DNA from: an uncultured Verrucomicrobiae bacterium
GTDB taxonomy: Bacteria; Verrucomicrobiota; Verrucomicrobiia; Chthoniobacterales; UBA10450
DNA: 64,000 bases
Direction: 5' to 3'
Assembly (NCBI GenBank): GCA_963726745.1
Contig: CAVSDR010000007.1
Span: 1-64,000 of the forward strand
Shown piece by piece: positions 21,762 through 35,405 of the stretch; the first letter of the stretch is position 1, and each line of letters begins with the position of its first letter. The notes below the pieces were generated by a model, which was not told the DNA's origin, did no database searches, and was given only the letters and a program-made list of their open reading frames with translations. The position numbers and the translations under genes are program-made.

Positions 21762-22415
21762 GTGCTTGAAGGCGAGGCCGGGCATTGGCTAGAAGAAATC
21801 GTGCGCCGCGCCGCTTTCCAGACCTTCGAGGAAGTGCGCGTCCGTTTCGCCGCCGGCGAGATCCTGCGCGCCTCGCCCCGTGAGCTCGAGCAGGCGCTGG
21901 CGACGCTCGCGAGCGAGAGCTTCGAGGATGCGGCGCGCCGCGCGCAGGCTCGAGAGATGAGCGCCACGCTGCGCGCGCTTCTGCAGAACCGCCACCAGCG
22001 CCAGTCGTCCAATCTGGCCCTGCTCGCGGTCTGCCTGGCCCTCGCGGCTCTGCTCCTTTCGGGAGCGCAGGCGTATCGCTCGTGGGTCGCCTATGCAAAT
22101 GCGCACGAGCCAGACCGCGAGCTGGGCGATTTCGTGAAAGCGATGCGAAACTCCGGCGCGGGTATTTTCGCCGACACGCGCACGGAGACGACCGTGGCCG
22201 AGCTGGCCGCACGCGCGCCAAGCCTGCGCCATGGCACGGTGCAGGCGTGGTGGGCTGGCGAGCAGGCGCGCCAAGTGCAGGAGCTCGAGCGGGAGGCGAA
22301 ACGGCAAACGCTCGCGGGCGATCGCGACGGTGCGGCGCTCAGTGCCAGCCGCGCAGACCAAATCCGCAACGGGATTTCCTCGTTGACCGCATTTGAGCGG
22401 GTGCCGCCGCGCTGA
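21762..22415 (+). CDS. Hypothetical protein with one transmembrane segment (start uncertain)
   Basis: 217-aa ORF filling the trmD-KH gap on the opposite strand; hydrophobic LALLAVCLALAALLLSGA. Confidence 0.55.
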   Translation: MLEGEAGHWLEEIVRRAAFQTFEEVRVRFAAGEILRASPRELEQALATLASESFEDAARRAQAREMSATLRALLQNRHQRQSSNLALLAVCLALAALLLSGAQAYRSWVAYANAHEPDRELGDFVKAMRNSGAGIFADTRTETTVAELAARAPSLRHGTVQAWWAGEQARQVQELEREAKRQTLAGDRDGAALSASRADQIRNGISSLTAFERVPPR

Positions 22416-22430
22416 AAATAGCCGGCAACC

Positions 22431-22661
22431 TTACTCGACGATTTCGAGGGTCGCCTTGTGATCGTGGCGTGAAGCGGCGCTCGAGAGCAGGGCCCGGATC
22501 GCCTGGATCGTCTGGCCATTGCGGCCAATGATGCGGCCGACATCGGTCTGGCGCATGACCAGGCGAAAGACGGTCGCGTTGCCCGTAGTCGCTTCGGAGA
22601 GGATGACCTCATCCGGGAATTCCACGAGCTGCCGGATGACGAACTCCAGAAATTCTTTCAT
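22431..22661 (-). CDS. khpA: KH domain RNA-binding protein (KhpA/YlqC family)
   Basis: 76 aa, DVGRIIGRNGQTIQAIR; follows rpsP. Confidence 0.9.
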   Translation of the reverse strand: MKEFLEFVIRQLVEFPDEVILSEATTGNATVFRLVMRQTDVGRIIGRNGQTIQAIRALLSSAASRHDHKATLEIVE

Positions 22662-22779
22662 GGCGAAAGAGTAACGGCGGATGCGTCCTTGTCGACCAAT
22701 TGCCAGTCGAGCGCCTTGGAGGACGCTCGTTAGGCACGGGGACCCCTCGACTTGGCGGCGCTCGAGATCCCCGGACGGT

Positions 22780-23058
22780 TTACGCTTCCGCGGCGACCGG
22801 AGCAGGAGCGCTGGCGGCGACTTTCTTGTTCTTCTTGATCAAGCTGCGGACGGTGTCGGAAGGCTGCGCGCCCTGGGAGATCCAATGCTCGATGCGATCG
22901 AGCTTAAGCGTGCTGTTGTGCTCTTTTTTCTTCGGATCGTAGGTCCCGATGATCTCGATGAATTTGCCGTCGCGCGGGGCACGACTGTCGGCCACCACCA
23001 CCTTGTAATAAGGGCGATTGGTCGTGCCTTCTCTGCGTAGTCTGATTGAAACTGCCAT
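22780..23058 (-). CDS. rpsP: 30S ribosomal protein S16
   Basis: [38 protein letters not shown]. Confidence 0.98.
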   Translation of the reverse strand: MAVSIRLRREGTTNRPYYKVVVADSRAPRDGKFIEIIGTYDPKKKEHNSTLKLDRIEHWISQGAQPSDTVRSLIKKNKKVAASAPAPVAAEA

Positions 23059-23062
23059 ATCC

Positions 23063-24382
23063 TTAATTTTTCATCCGCGCCATCTGCGCCATCATCTTCT
23101 TCATTTTGCCCGCGTTCTTCATCATCTTGCGCATCTGATTGAACCGCTGCAGCAGGTCATTCACTTCTGTGACCGTGCTTCCGCTTCCGCGGGCGATGCG
23201 CTGACGACGCCGGGCATTCAAAATGTCGGGCCGCGCGCGCTCTTCGCTGGTCATCGAAAGCACTATCGCTTCCGTGCGCTTTATCTGCTTCTCGTCTACC
23301 GAGAGGCCTTGGACGTTACTCAGTCCGGGGATCATGCCAAGTAGGTTTTCCAGCGGGCCCATTTTCCGCATCATTTTGAATTGGGCCAGGAAATCGTTGA
23401 AGTCGAAGGAAGCGGTCCGGAGCTTCTTCTCCATCCGCGCAGCTTCCTCCTCGTCGAAGGCTTCGGCCGCTTTCTCGACCAGGCCGACGATGTCGCCCAT
23501 TCCAAGGATCCGGCCCGCGAGCCGGTCCGGGACGAAGACCTCGAACTGATCGAGCTTTTCTCCGACACCGGCGAACTTGATCGGCCGCTGCGTGACCTCG
23601 CGCATCGAGAGGGCCGCGCCGCCGCGCGCGTCGCCGTCGAGTTTCGTCAGGATGATGCCGGTGATGCCGAGCGCTTCGTTGAAATGCGTGGCCACGCTCA
23701 CGGCCTGTTGGCCGGTGGCGGCATCGGCCACGAGGAGGATTTCCTGCGGCTGGAGGAACGCCTTGAGCTGCTTGATCTCTTCGATGAGCGCGCTGTCTAT
23801 TTCCTGTCGGCCGGCAGTGTCGAAGATCTGCACGTTGCCGTTTTGCGTTTCCGCCCAGGCGAGCGCGGCTTTCGCGGAACGGACGACATCCTTTTCATCG
23901 AGCGACGGAGTGTAAACCGGGACATCGACCTGTCCGGCGAGCGTCGCGAGCTGCTGAATGGCCGCCGGGCGGTGCAAATCCGAGGCGATGAGCAAGGGCG
24001 CGCGGCCCTGCTTTTTCAAGAGCTTCGCTAATTTAGCCGACGAGGTGGTTTTGCCGGCGCCATTGAGGCCGACCATGAGGATGCGCGCCGGCTTGTCGAG
24101 CTTGAGCGGTGCGGCATCGCCGCCGAGGAGCGCGGTCAGCTCGTCGTGAAAAATCTTCACCATCTGCTGCCCGGGCGTGACGCTGCGCAGGACCTCTTCG
24201 CCCAACGCTTTCACCTTCACCTTGCCGATGAACGTCTTTGCCACCTGGAAATCGACATCCGCTTCCAGCAACGCCAGCCGCACCTGGCGGAGGGCGTCGT
24301 TGATGTTCGTCTCCGTGATCGCGCCATGGCCGCGCAGATCCTTGAAGACGTCCTGAAGCTTGTCGCCTAATTGCGAAAACAT
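23063..24382 (-). CDS. ffh: Signal recognition particle protein
   Basis: [35 protein letters not shown] and [10 protein letters not shown]. Confidence 0.98.
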   Translation of the reverse strand: MFSQLGDKLQDVFKDLRGHGAITETNINDALRQVRLALLEADVDFQVAKTFIGKVKVKALGEEVLRSVTPGQQMVKIFHDELTALLGGDAAPLKLDKPARILMVGLNGAGKTTSSAKLAKLLKKQGRAPLLIASDLHRPAAIQQLATLAGQVDVPVYTPSLDEKDVVRSAKAALAWAETQNGNVQIFDTAGRQEIDSALIEEIKQLKAFLQPQEILLVADAATGQQAVSVATHFNEALGITGIILTKLDGDARGGAALSMREVTQRPIKFAGVGEKLDQFEVFVPDRLAGRILGMGDIVGLVEKAAEAFDEEEAARMEKKLRTASFDFNDFLAQFKMMRKMGPLENLLGMIPGLSNVQGLSVDEKQIKRTEAIVLSMTSEERARPDILNARRRQRIARGSGSTVTEVNDLLQRFNQMRKMMKNAGKMKKMMAQMARMKN

Positions 24383-24385
24383 CGT

Positions 24386-25621
24386 TTACTTCGCGCCTTC
24401 GACAGTGAAGCTCCAGCGCGCTTCCACCTTTTTCCCGCCGGAAGTGGCGGAGACAATCACACTCGTGGCCCCATGGAGCTTCTGCGTGGGCTGATACGAG
24501 ACCATCTTGCTCGCGGCGTCGAAGCTCGCTGGCACCAGGCCGAGGCCGCTGACGCGCATCTGCACGCTGCCCTGGTCGATCGCGCCGAGGCTGCCGAGGT
24601 TCGCCTTGATCAGCGGCATCTCGCTCGTCGCCGTCGATCCATCAGCCGGCTGCGCCTGGAGCGCCGTGGTGGAAACTTCCGTCACCGGCGCGGTATTCCC
24701 GCCACTGGTGGAGCCTCCGAAATTGACCGCATCACTGAAGACCTTCGGCTTGTTCCCCTCAATCAGGTAGCGGCCTAACGAATCATTGGGCGAGCCGTAG
24801 GCCAGGCGCTGGCCGTAGACCGTGAAGACGGCCTCGTAGCCGGCCTTTTTCAGGAACTCGCGCACCTCGTCGTTGATGTAGCCGAACGGGACGGCAAAGC
24901 TGTTCACCTTAATCCCGAGTTTCTGCTCAAGCAGCTCGCGCGAGGCGATGATTTCGCGCTTCAGGAATTCCTGGTAGCCGGCGGGATCGAGCTTTTTCTT
25001 CTCGACCTTGTCGTAGGCCTTCCGCAGATCCTGGTGGGTCGCGGAGTGCGCCTGGATGTCGACCCCGGCATCACGCATTTCCCCCAGCATTTCCCAGCTC
25101 ATGGCCGCGCCGCCGCCGTATTTCATTCCCTTCACGCCCTCGGTGTAGATGAAGAGCGTGAGCGGGTAGCCGTATTTCTTCATGATCGGCCAGCCGACTT
25201 CGTATTGCGATTTCCAACCGTCGTCGAAGGTGATGATCGCGGCTTTTGGCGGGATGCTTTTTTCGCCGCGTTTCCAGGCAAGGAAATCCTGCATGCCGAT
25301 GACCGGAATGTTCTTATCCTTCAACTCCTTCATCTGTGCCTCGAACATCTCCGGGGTGATCTCGGTGTCGGGCCGGCGCACAGTTTTCTCGAAACGGTGA
25401 TAGCCGAAGATGATCACCTCGGCGTTCTGGTCGATCACCGGTTTCGCGGGCGTCGCTACGGGAGTGGCGGAGGCCGCAGCCGTCACTGGTGCGTTCTTCG
25501 CGCCCGGCGATGAGTTCGTCACCGGCGAGGCCGCCGGATTGGCCACGGCCTTTCCGGACTTCTTGCAGGCGGTGAAAGTGAGGGGCAGGAGCAGGGCAAA
25601 AATGGCAAGACGTTGCAGCAT
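24386..25621 (-). CDS. Polysaccharide deacetylase family lipoprotein
   Basis: Lipobox FTAC; GYHR, ITFDDGW, IQAHSATH and FAVPFG (NodB domain). Confidence 0.88.
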   Translation of the reverse strand: MLQRLAIFALLLPLTFTACKKSGKAVANPAASPVTNSSPGAKNAPVTAAASATPVATPAKPVIDQNAEVIIFGYHRFEKTVRRPDTEITPEMFEAQMKELKDKNIPVIGMQDFLAWKRGEKSIPPKAAIITFDDGWKSQYEVGWPIMKKYGYPLTLFIYTEGVKGMKYGGGAAMSWEMLGEMRDAGVDIQAHSATHQDLRKAYDKVEKKKLDPAGYQEFLKREIIASRELLEQKLGIKVNSFAVPFGYINDEVREFLKKAGYEAVFTVYGQRLAYGSPNDSLGRYLIEGNKPKVFSDAVNFGGSTSGGNTAPVTEVSTTALQAQPADGSTATSEMPLIKANLGSLGAIDQGSVQMRVSGLGLVPASFDAASKMVSYQPTQKLHGATSVIVSATSGGKKVEARWSFTVEGAK

Positions 25622-25729
25622 AAATTCGGTATTCCCGCTTTAGTTGTGCGACGTCAAAACACAAGTGGTTTATGTCCCGCGAGCGCGGGAAAACGGTGGC
25701 AACACGAGGGCGAGCGCGTATCAGTCAAG

Positions 25730-26443
25730 ATGCTGCGCTCGCCTTTCGTTTTCCTGTTTTCGCTCCTCATTCTCTGCGCGCTGGCTGGCTGCGAAACCAC
25801 TGGCGTAGCCCAGCGCAAGGACACCAGCCGCACCTTCACCACTGTGGTGGTCGATGCCGGACATGGCGGGAAAGACAGCGGCGCGGTCCGGCGTTCCGGG
25901 CCGCCGGAAAAAGCGGTCACGCTCGACGTGGCCCAGCGGCTGAACCGCAAGCTGCGCGAATCGCAGCTTCGCACCGTCATGACCCGCTCCTCGGATGTCT
26001 TCATCCCGCTCGACCAGCGCGTCGCCATCGGCAACCGGCAGGACAACGCCATCTTCGTGAGCATTCATTTCAACGACTCCGGCCGCCGCGGCATCCGCGG
26101 CTACGAGACCTACTACAACTCCAGCTACGCCACCGGCCTGGCGCAACGCATCCAGCGCAAGCTGCTCAAGCTTCCGGGAGCGTCCAACCGTGGCGTGCGC
26201 CCGGCGAACTTCCGCGTGCTGCGCAATTCGGTTTACCCCTCGGTATTGGTCGAATGCGGCTTCCTGAGCAATCGTAGCGAAGGAGCGCGGGCGCGCCGCG
26301 CGGATTACCGCGAGACCCTGGCCGACGCGATCTCGGAAGCGATCGTGGAGGAGCGTTTCGGCGCGGGGGTGTACAATGCGCCGCCGCGGCTCGGCCCGCC
26401 CGCGAGCAGCGTCCCCGCGGAAGTGCGCGGCGGGACGCGCTGA
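25730..26443 (+). CDS. N-acetylmuramoyl-L-alanine amidase (Amidase_3), lipoprotein
   Basis: VVVDAGHGGKDSGA, EK, FVSIHFN and SVLVECGFLSN; lipobox LAGC. Confidence 0.92.
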   Translation: MLRSPFVFLFSLLILCALAGCETTGVAQRKDTSRTFTTVVVDAGHGGKDSGAVRRSGPPEKAVTLDVAQRLNRKLRESQLRTVMTRSSDVFIPLDQRVAIGNRQDNAIFVSIHFNDSGRRGIRGYETYYNSSYATGLAQRIQRKLLKLPGASNRGVRPANFRVLRNSVYPSVLVECGFLSNRSEGARARRADYRETLADAISEAIVEERFGAGVYNAPPRLGPPASSVPAEVRGGTR

Positions 26444-26463
26444 AGTTGACTGCCTAAAGACAC

Positions 26464-26487
26464 ATCTACGCATCATGATGCGTAGAT
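26464..26487. promoter_or_regulatory. Perfect 24-bp palindrome upstream of metH (candidate operator)
   Basis: ATCTACGCATCA|TGATGCGTAGAT, 45 bp before the metH ATG. Confidence 0.55.
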
Positions 26488-26532
26488 TTGTTGCTTGCCC
26501 GCGTTGGTCGTCTGCGGTTTACTGACAGCGGC

Positions 26533-30307
<3,775 letters not shown>

Positions 30308-30428
30308 GGCCCGACCGAACACCTGGCGCCACAGCGGCGCCAGGGAACCGCGTCACATGGCGCCGCGTTCGCTCCGAGCGCAGGCACCCTGCGTCCTCCC
30401 CCGGAACGGTCGGGAAGAATCCCGCTTT

Positions 30429-30444
30429 GGGCACGCGCACTGCT
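30429..30444 (+). promoter_or_regulatory. Candidate sigma-54 promoter
   Basis: GGGCACGCGCACTGCT = GGCACG-N4-CTGCT, ending about 30 bp before the 30476 ATG. Confidence 0.55.
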
Positions 30445-30475
30445 ATTCAGGCCATAGCAACTATAATTACTAGAC

Positions 30476-32008
30476 ATGCGCATGCCATCCCGCTTCTTCC
30501 TGGTCTTCTCCTTGGCTTTTTTCGCGGCCCTCACTGCGGCTGACGCGGCAAGTAGCGTGACGGTCAGTTGGGATGCGAACACGGAGCCCAACTTGGCGGG
30601 CTACCACCTTTATTACGGCACCAGCTCCCGCCAATACACGCAAACGGTTGAACCCGGGCAAACCACGAGCGCGAACGTCGGCGGCCTTGCCGAAGGCGCG
30701 GTGTATTTCTTCGCTGTGACGGCTTTCGACGATACAGGGACTGAAAGCGATTTCTCGAATGAGGTCGTCTACACTGTCCCGAGCGCCCCGCCTCTCGCCA
30801 CGCCGGCGATCTCGGTGGACGCAACCAGAGTGAACGTGGGCGGGAGTGTGAATGTGACTTTCAGCGGTGCCAGCGGCAATCCCGCAGACGTGGTGGCCGT
30901 TTTCCCTACAGGCAGCAGCCTGGCAGTCGATTATTACTACCTGAACGGCTCGAAGACATCTCCGGCAGCGGGCATCACCGCCGGCACGATCACCGCCTCG
31001 ATGGCGACCCCGGGCGATTTCGAATTTCACTTAATCAGCGGCTACCTGGACGTCGCCCGGACCGCTTCCGTGACCGTCGCAGTGGCCACGCCATTGCCTA
31101 CGCCCACGCCTGCCCCCGCCCCCTCGCCTGCGGCCACGCCGGTCCCAACACCGTCGCCCATCTCGACGCCTAATCCGACTCCGACGCCCGCCGCGACACC
31201 GACGCCGACCCCGGTCGTGGCTTTGCCGAGCGGGACGATGTTAAACGTTTCGACGCGGGCCTTTGTGCAGCCTGGCGACAACGTGATGATCGGCGGCCTG
31301 ATCATCTCCGGGACGGACCCCAAGCGCGTTCTTCTCCGTGCCGTTGGCGCATCACTAACCCATGCAGGGATTGCCGGTGTGCTCGCCGATCCGAAGCTCG
31401 ACCTCTACGATTCCAGCGGGAAGCTGATCGCCTCGAACGACTCCTGGCAGAGCAATGCGACCGACGCAGCCGCGGTGGTGGCGACAGGGCTCACCCCGAA
31501 CGACGACCGGGAGGCGGCGATGATTGTCGATCTCCATCCGGGTTCCTACACGGCGATCCTTTCCGGCAGCACGGGGGGCCAGGGCGTGGCGCTCTTTGAA
31601 CTTTACGACCTGAATCAAAACAGCAGCCGGATTGCGAACATCGCCACGCGCGGCAAGGTCGACAGCGGCGACAAGGTTATGATCGCCGGTTTCATCGTCG
31701 GCGGGACCCAGCCGAACAACCTAATCATTCGCGCCCTCGGGCCCTCGCTGGCCGCGGCGGGCTTGAACGGCGCGCTCACGAATCCGGTGCTCGATCTTTA
31801 CAACGGCAACGGGTCGCTCATCGTAACGAACGACAACTGGCGCGACTCGCAGCAAAACCAAATCGTGGCTTCCTCGCTTGCGCCCCAGGATGACCGCGAA
31901 GCCGCGATCGCTGCCACGCTCTCGCCGGGAAATTACACTGCGATCGTGCGCGGTGCCGGCGGCAGCAAAGGGGTGGCGCTGGTCGAAGTCTACAACGTTA
32001 CCCGTTGA
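30476..32008 (+). CDS. Secreted Fn3-domain protein with Pro/Thr linker and duplicated verrucomicrobial 'N(I/V)STR' C-terminal domain
   Basis: Signal peptide; VTVSWDANTEPNLAGYHLYYG...YFFAVTAFD...ESDFSNEV (Fn3); PT-rich linker about 31087-31215; two ~125-aa repeats starting LNVSTR and IANIATR and ending ALFELY and ALVEVY. Confidence 0.88.
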   Translation: MRMPSRFFLVFSLAFFAALTAADAASSVTVSWDANTEPNLAGYHLYYGTSSRQYTQTVEPGQTTSANVGGLAEGAVYFFAVTAFDDTGTESDFSNEVVYTVPSAPPLATPAISVDATRVNVGGSVNVTFSGASGNPADVVAVFPTGSSLAVDYYYLNGSKTSPAAGITAGTITASMATPGDFEFHLISGYLDVARTASVTVAVATPLPTPTPAPAPSPAATPVPTPSPISTPNPTPTPAATPTPTPVVALPSGTMLNVSTRAFVQPGDNVMIGGLIISGTDPKRVLLRAVGASLTHAGIAGVLADPKLDLYDSSGKLIASNDSWQSNATDAAAVVATGLTPNDDREAAMIVDLHPGSYTAILSGSTGGQGVALFELYDLNQNSSRIANIATRGKVDSGDKVMIAGFIVGGTQPNNLIIRALGPSLAAAGLNGALTNPVLDLYNGNGSLIVTNDNWRDSQQNQIVASSLAPQDDREAAIAATLSPGNYTAIVRGAGGSKGVALVEVYNVTR

Positions 32009-32032
32009 TTCCCGCGAACAACAAAGCGCTGT

Positions 32033-32962
32033 CTATTCCGCGCGTTCGCCAGTGACGTGTGCGTCGAGCGACGGGTCTTTGATCTGCGCGCCGAACAGAA
32101 GCATCGCACCAGCTTGGTCGGCCGAGATGGGATCCACTTCCTCCTTGGTCACTTCCGGCTTCGGCCAATGGACGTTCCAAGCGAGGTGAAGCTTCTCGAG
32201 CATCCAGATGGTGTAACGGGTGAGATCCAATTCCCACCAGCGGAGGCCGTGCGCCGCGCAGCGGGGCTTCGCGTGGTGATTATTGTGGTACCCCTCGCCG
32301 AGCGCCCCAAGACCCACCCAGAAGTTGTTCTTGCTGTGGTCGGTGGTTTCAAAAGTCCGGTAGCCGAACGCCGGCATATGGCAGATGGAATTCACCGCCC
32401 ATGTGAAGTTGTAACAGATGAGCATCGGCACGTAGAGGCACCAAAGCAGACCGGCCCAGCCAAGGGTGAAATAAAGCGTCGCCGCTACAAGAAGATGAGG
32501 GACAACGTAGAAGTAGGGCTTCTCCCACAGACGGCAGTACCAAATCTTGCGCACATCTGCGGCGTAGCGCAGGGAGCGATCGCGGAAGCCCTCGGGCTTG
32601 CGCACCAGCCAGAGCATGTGGGCGTACGGGAAACCATGGATCGGGCTGTGGATGTCTTCATCCGTGTCGGATTTCAAATGGTGGTAACGATGGTCTCCCA
32701 CCCACGTGACCGGATCGCCCGAAAGGGCAATGGCCGAGCCCGAGGCCCAGAAAAACTTCAACCAGCCCGGCATTTCGAAGCCGCGATGGGTCAGGTAACG
32801 GTGCAAGTAGAGCGTCGTCCCAAGCCCGAACCAAAGGTAAATCCCGAGCATGATCGGGAGAAAGTGCCATTCGAACTGGGTCCAGATAGCGGCCAGCCCG
32901 AGCACTTGCAGCCCGATCAGGATGACGAGCAGGGAAAGATTGAGTTTGTCGTTTTTAAACAT
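32033..32962 (-). CDS. Fatty acid (acyl-CoA delta-9-like) desaturase
   Basis: His boxes HRYLTH, HRYHH and HNNHH; NSICH. Confidence 0.93.
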   Translation of the reverse strand: MFKNDKLNLSLLVILIGLQVLGLAAIWTQFEWHFLPIMLGIYLWFGLGTTLYLHRYLTHRGFEMPGWLKFFWASGSAIALSGDPVTWVGDHRYHHLKSDTDEDIHSPIHGFPYAHMLWLVRKPEGFRDRSLRYAADVRKIWYCRLWEKPYFYVVPHLLVAATLYFTLGWAGLLWCLYVPMLICYNFTWAVNSICHMPAFGYRTFETTDHSKNNFWVGLGALGEGYHNNHHAKPRCAAHGLRWWELDLTRYTIWMLEKLHLAWNVHWPKPEVTKEEVDPISADQAGAMLLFGAQIKDPSLDAHVTGERAE

Positions 32963-33159
32963 GGAGCGAGCGGAGTGAACGCGAGACGCCGAAATGGCGG
33001 AGCGAAGAGCGGGAACGTCCGCCGGAATGGCCTCCGCGGCAAGATGTATTTCCCCGCATGGACTCGCGGGCCTGATCTCGCTGCCTAAATCTTTTCGCGC
33101 GCGCGGAGTGATTCCGCATGCAGAGGCCCTCCCCGCGTGTTACAGACACCTCCGCTGCG

Positions 33160-33236
33160 CGGGGTGTAGCTTAGCTTGGTAGAGCGCCTGGTTTGGGACC
33201 AGGAGGTCGCAGGTTCGAATCCTGTCACCCCGACCA
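33160..33236 (+). tRNA. tRNA-Pro(TGG)
   Basis: CGGGGTG acceptor stem pairing with CACCCCG-A-CCA; anticodon arm CCTGG-TT-TGG-GA-CCAGG; T arm GGTTCGAATCC. Confidence 0.97.
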
Positions 33237-33254
33237 TTTATCGAGCGCACGTTC

Positions 33255-33860
33255 ATGAAATTGCTCCTTTCCGTCTGCGTGTCGTCGCTTTTAATCAGCG
33301 CGCTACACGCGCAGGAATCCGTCCTGCCGCAGGGCGCAGCCACGCCCGCCACGGCTCCCGCAAATACCCCAGCTCCCACAGCGCCGCCCTTGCTTGCGCC
33401 GGACATCTTGCCGCTTCCGGCCACCAAAGCCACTCCGCCGGCCGACCTGCCGAGCATTCCGCAGCTGGACCAGGCCTTTCAGCAAAACCCGCTCAACTCC
33501 ACCACGGAGCAATACCGCCAGCGAATCGAGTATCGGAAACTTCGCAATGCGGTAGCGAATGATCCTGCTTTGAAAACCGCGCTCCGCCGAGCCCAGGCCG
33601 CTCGGGCGGATCTCGAGAAGCGCCAACTTTTGCGCGACTACTACGAACTTTATTTCAACCGCGTTTCCGGCCTCGCCGCGACACCGGAGATGAAAGCGTA
33701 TGTGGCCGCCCGCAAGGCCGAGCAGCTCGCCGGTTTGGCGCAACCGCACGTGCGCCCGGAGCTTTCGATGACGCCGCGTCCGGTCAAGACGGTGGCAATC
33801 GCACCACCGCCTGAGCCCGCCCTGCCAGCTGCCGAAGAGCACCCCTCCCCGAAGCGCTGA
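33255..33860 (+). CDS. Hypothetical secreted protein (Pro/Ala-rich ends)
   Basis: Signal peptide MKLLLSVCVSSLLISALHA; 201 aa between two tRNA genes. Confidence 0.75.
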   Translation: MKLLLSVCVSSLLISALHAQESVLPQGAATPATAPANTPAPTAPPLLAPDILPLPATKATPPADLPSIPQLDQAFQQNPLNSTTEQYRQRIEYRKLRNAVANDPALKTALRRAQAARADLEKRQLLRDYYELYFNRVSGLAATPEMKAYVAARKAEQLAGLAQPHVRPELSMTPRPVKTVAIAPPPEPALPAAEEHPSPKR

Positions 33861-33914
33861 GACAAAGGGGGACTTGCCGACTTCAGCGGGCCCGCTACAC
33901 TCCGCAGCGACGAA

Positions 33915-33989
33915 GGCGCGTTCGTCTAATGGTTAGGACGGAGCCCTCTCAAGGCTCAAATACGGGTTCGATCCCCGTACGCGCTGCCA
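33915..33989 (+). tRNA. tRNA-Glu(CTC)
   Basis: GGCGCGT/ACGCGCT-G-CCA acceptor; anticodon arm GAGCC-CT-CTC-AA-GGCTC; T arm GGTTCGATCCC. Confidence 0.96.
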
Positions 33990-34008
33990 TCGCCTTCGCG
34001 CCGGCTCC

Positions 34009-35250
34009 CTAGAAGCTGTAATTCAACCCGCCGTAGTAGCGCGCGCGGCCGTAGTCTCGACCGTTGAAGTCCGAGGAAACCTGCGTGTAGTGGCTTCCCG
34101 CGCTGGCCGACCACCGGGGCGAAATCGCATAGGTCAAGTCGCCGCCAATATCGAAGGACTGCTCGGTAAAGGAAGGGAACTGAAAAAAGGAAATCTTCCG
34201 CCCCTCGTTCTGATCGTTGTTGTAGTAGGCCGCGAGAGTCCCGCTGATGCGCGGGGTCAGACCGAAGCGCATCTGCAGTCCCGTGCTGAAGCTGGTGCGG
34301 CTGGAGGCGAAGATGCTGTTGGAATCGGCTTTCGAGTAACGCGCATTCCAACTCACGGAGGTTCTCTCGCCGATGGCATAGCTCAAGGAGGCTTCGCCGT
34401 AGGGCGTGAAGGTATCTTCGCTTTGGTCGCTGGAGCGAAGCTCCGCCCCCCCACGAATCGAGCCCTGCAAGTGCGGCCCGATCGTGTGGTCGATGCCGAT
34501 GAGGAAAAACTGGGCAAACGAATCCTGGCCGTCGCCTTGATACTGCGAAACGCTCAACCGGTAATCGCCGACGATCGTCGTCACTGGAAGCAGGAGGAAG
34601 CGAAATTGCTGGGCAAAGCCGTGATCCCAACGGTTCAGAAATTGCCCGACAGCGTCGTCGTCGTAGCGAACGACATTGAGCGTGTAGGTCGTCACCGTGG
34701 AGAAGCGCTCATACCAGGCATAAGAGGCGGAAAGCGAATCGGCCGTGGTGAAATAGTTTCCGCTGCGCCGGTTCTCGCCCAGACCAAGCGCAAAATCCGG
34801 TTCGATCCCGTAACGGAGGTAGACCGCCGAGTTGAGCGTCAACCGCGGACTGATGTCGTGCGCGAGGCTAAACTGCAGGCCCAGGTTCGGGTCGTATTGA
34901 AAGCCGCCATCCTCTCCATTGTCGTAGTAGGTCACGGAGGCGCTCGTGGAGATATTGCCGCGCGTGCGCTCAGTCCCGAAGGGATAGCTCAGGCTTAGCG
35001 AGGCCGAACTGTAGAAGGAATTCTGCTGCGCGATGTCGCTCGTGCCGACATTGGTATCGTAACCGGCGTTGACCGAAACAGTGACTTTCACCGGTAGCCG
35101 TTCCAGCGCGACCACCTGTGTCTCTCCGGAACCAGAAGCGGTGAAAACCTGCACGGCGGGACCGTCGGTTTGCGCTTCAAGCACACTGCCGCCGAAACCG
35201 ATTGTCCCGATGGCCAAAACAGAGCAAAAAAAGCGAAATATTTTAAGCAT
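34009..35250 (-). CDS. Outer-membrane beta-barrel protein (EPS/PEP-CTERM locus-associated)
   Basis: Signal peptide from ATG 35250; alternating amphipathic strands; C-terminal YYGGLNYSF barrel signal. Confidence 0.85.
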   Translation of the reverse strand: MLKIFRFFCSVLAIGTIGFGGSVLEAQTDGPAVQVFTASGSGETQVVALERLPVKVTVSVNAGYDTNVGTSDIAQQNSFYSSASLSLSYPFGTERTRGNISTSASVTYYDNGEDGGFQYDPNLGLQFSLAHDISPRLTLNSAVYLRYGIEPDFALGLGENRRSGNYFTTADSLSASYAWYERFSTVTTYTLNVVRYDDDAVGQFLNRWDHGFAQQFRFLLLPVTTIVGDYRLSVSQYQGDGQDSFAQFFLIGIDHTIGPHLQGSIRGGAELRSSDQSEDTFTPYGEASLSYAIGERTSVSWNARYSKADSNSIFASSRTSFSTGLQMRFGLTPRISGTLAAYYNNDQNEGRKISFFQFPSFTEQSFDIGGDLTYAISPRWSASAGSHYTQVSSDFNGRDYGRARYYGGLNYSF

Positions 35251-35376
35251 TGGCCGCGCCCATAGAGCCACGCGCAGGCTAAAATCACAAGAAGATTTGG
35301 GGCGCATGACGGGGTAGAAAATGCTGGCTCGAACGGCACTGGGAAAAGATCGGCTGCTTCGCTCCGCGAGGCTTCC

Positions 35377-35392
35377 AGCAGAGCATATGCCA
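35377..35392 (-). promoter_or_regulatory. Candidate sigma-54 promoter
   Basis: Minus strand TGGCATATGCTCTGCT (GG-N10-GC) in the gap upstream of the beta-barrel gene. Confidence 0.5.
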
Positions 35393-35405
35393 GCGCTGCC
35401 CAGAC

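Noticed and set aside
26444..26532. Cobalamin or SAM riboswitch before metH
   Set aside because: The gap is about 90 bp and lacks B12-box or SAM-I consensus features; only the palindrome is present.
31087..31215. Pro/Thr-rich low-complexity repeat
   Set aside because: Ordinary interdomain linker; DNA copies are degenerate.
33915..34010. Integrative element at tRNA-Glu
   Set aside because: No integrase or duplicated tRNA 3' end within the window; kept only as a compositional observation.
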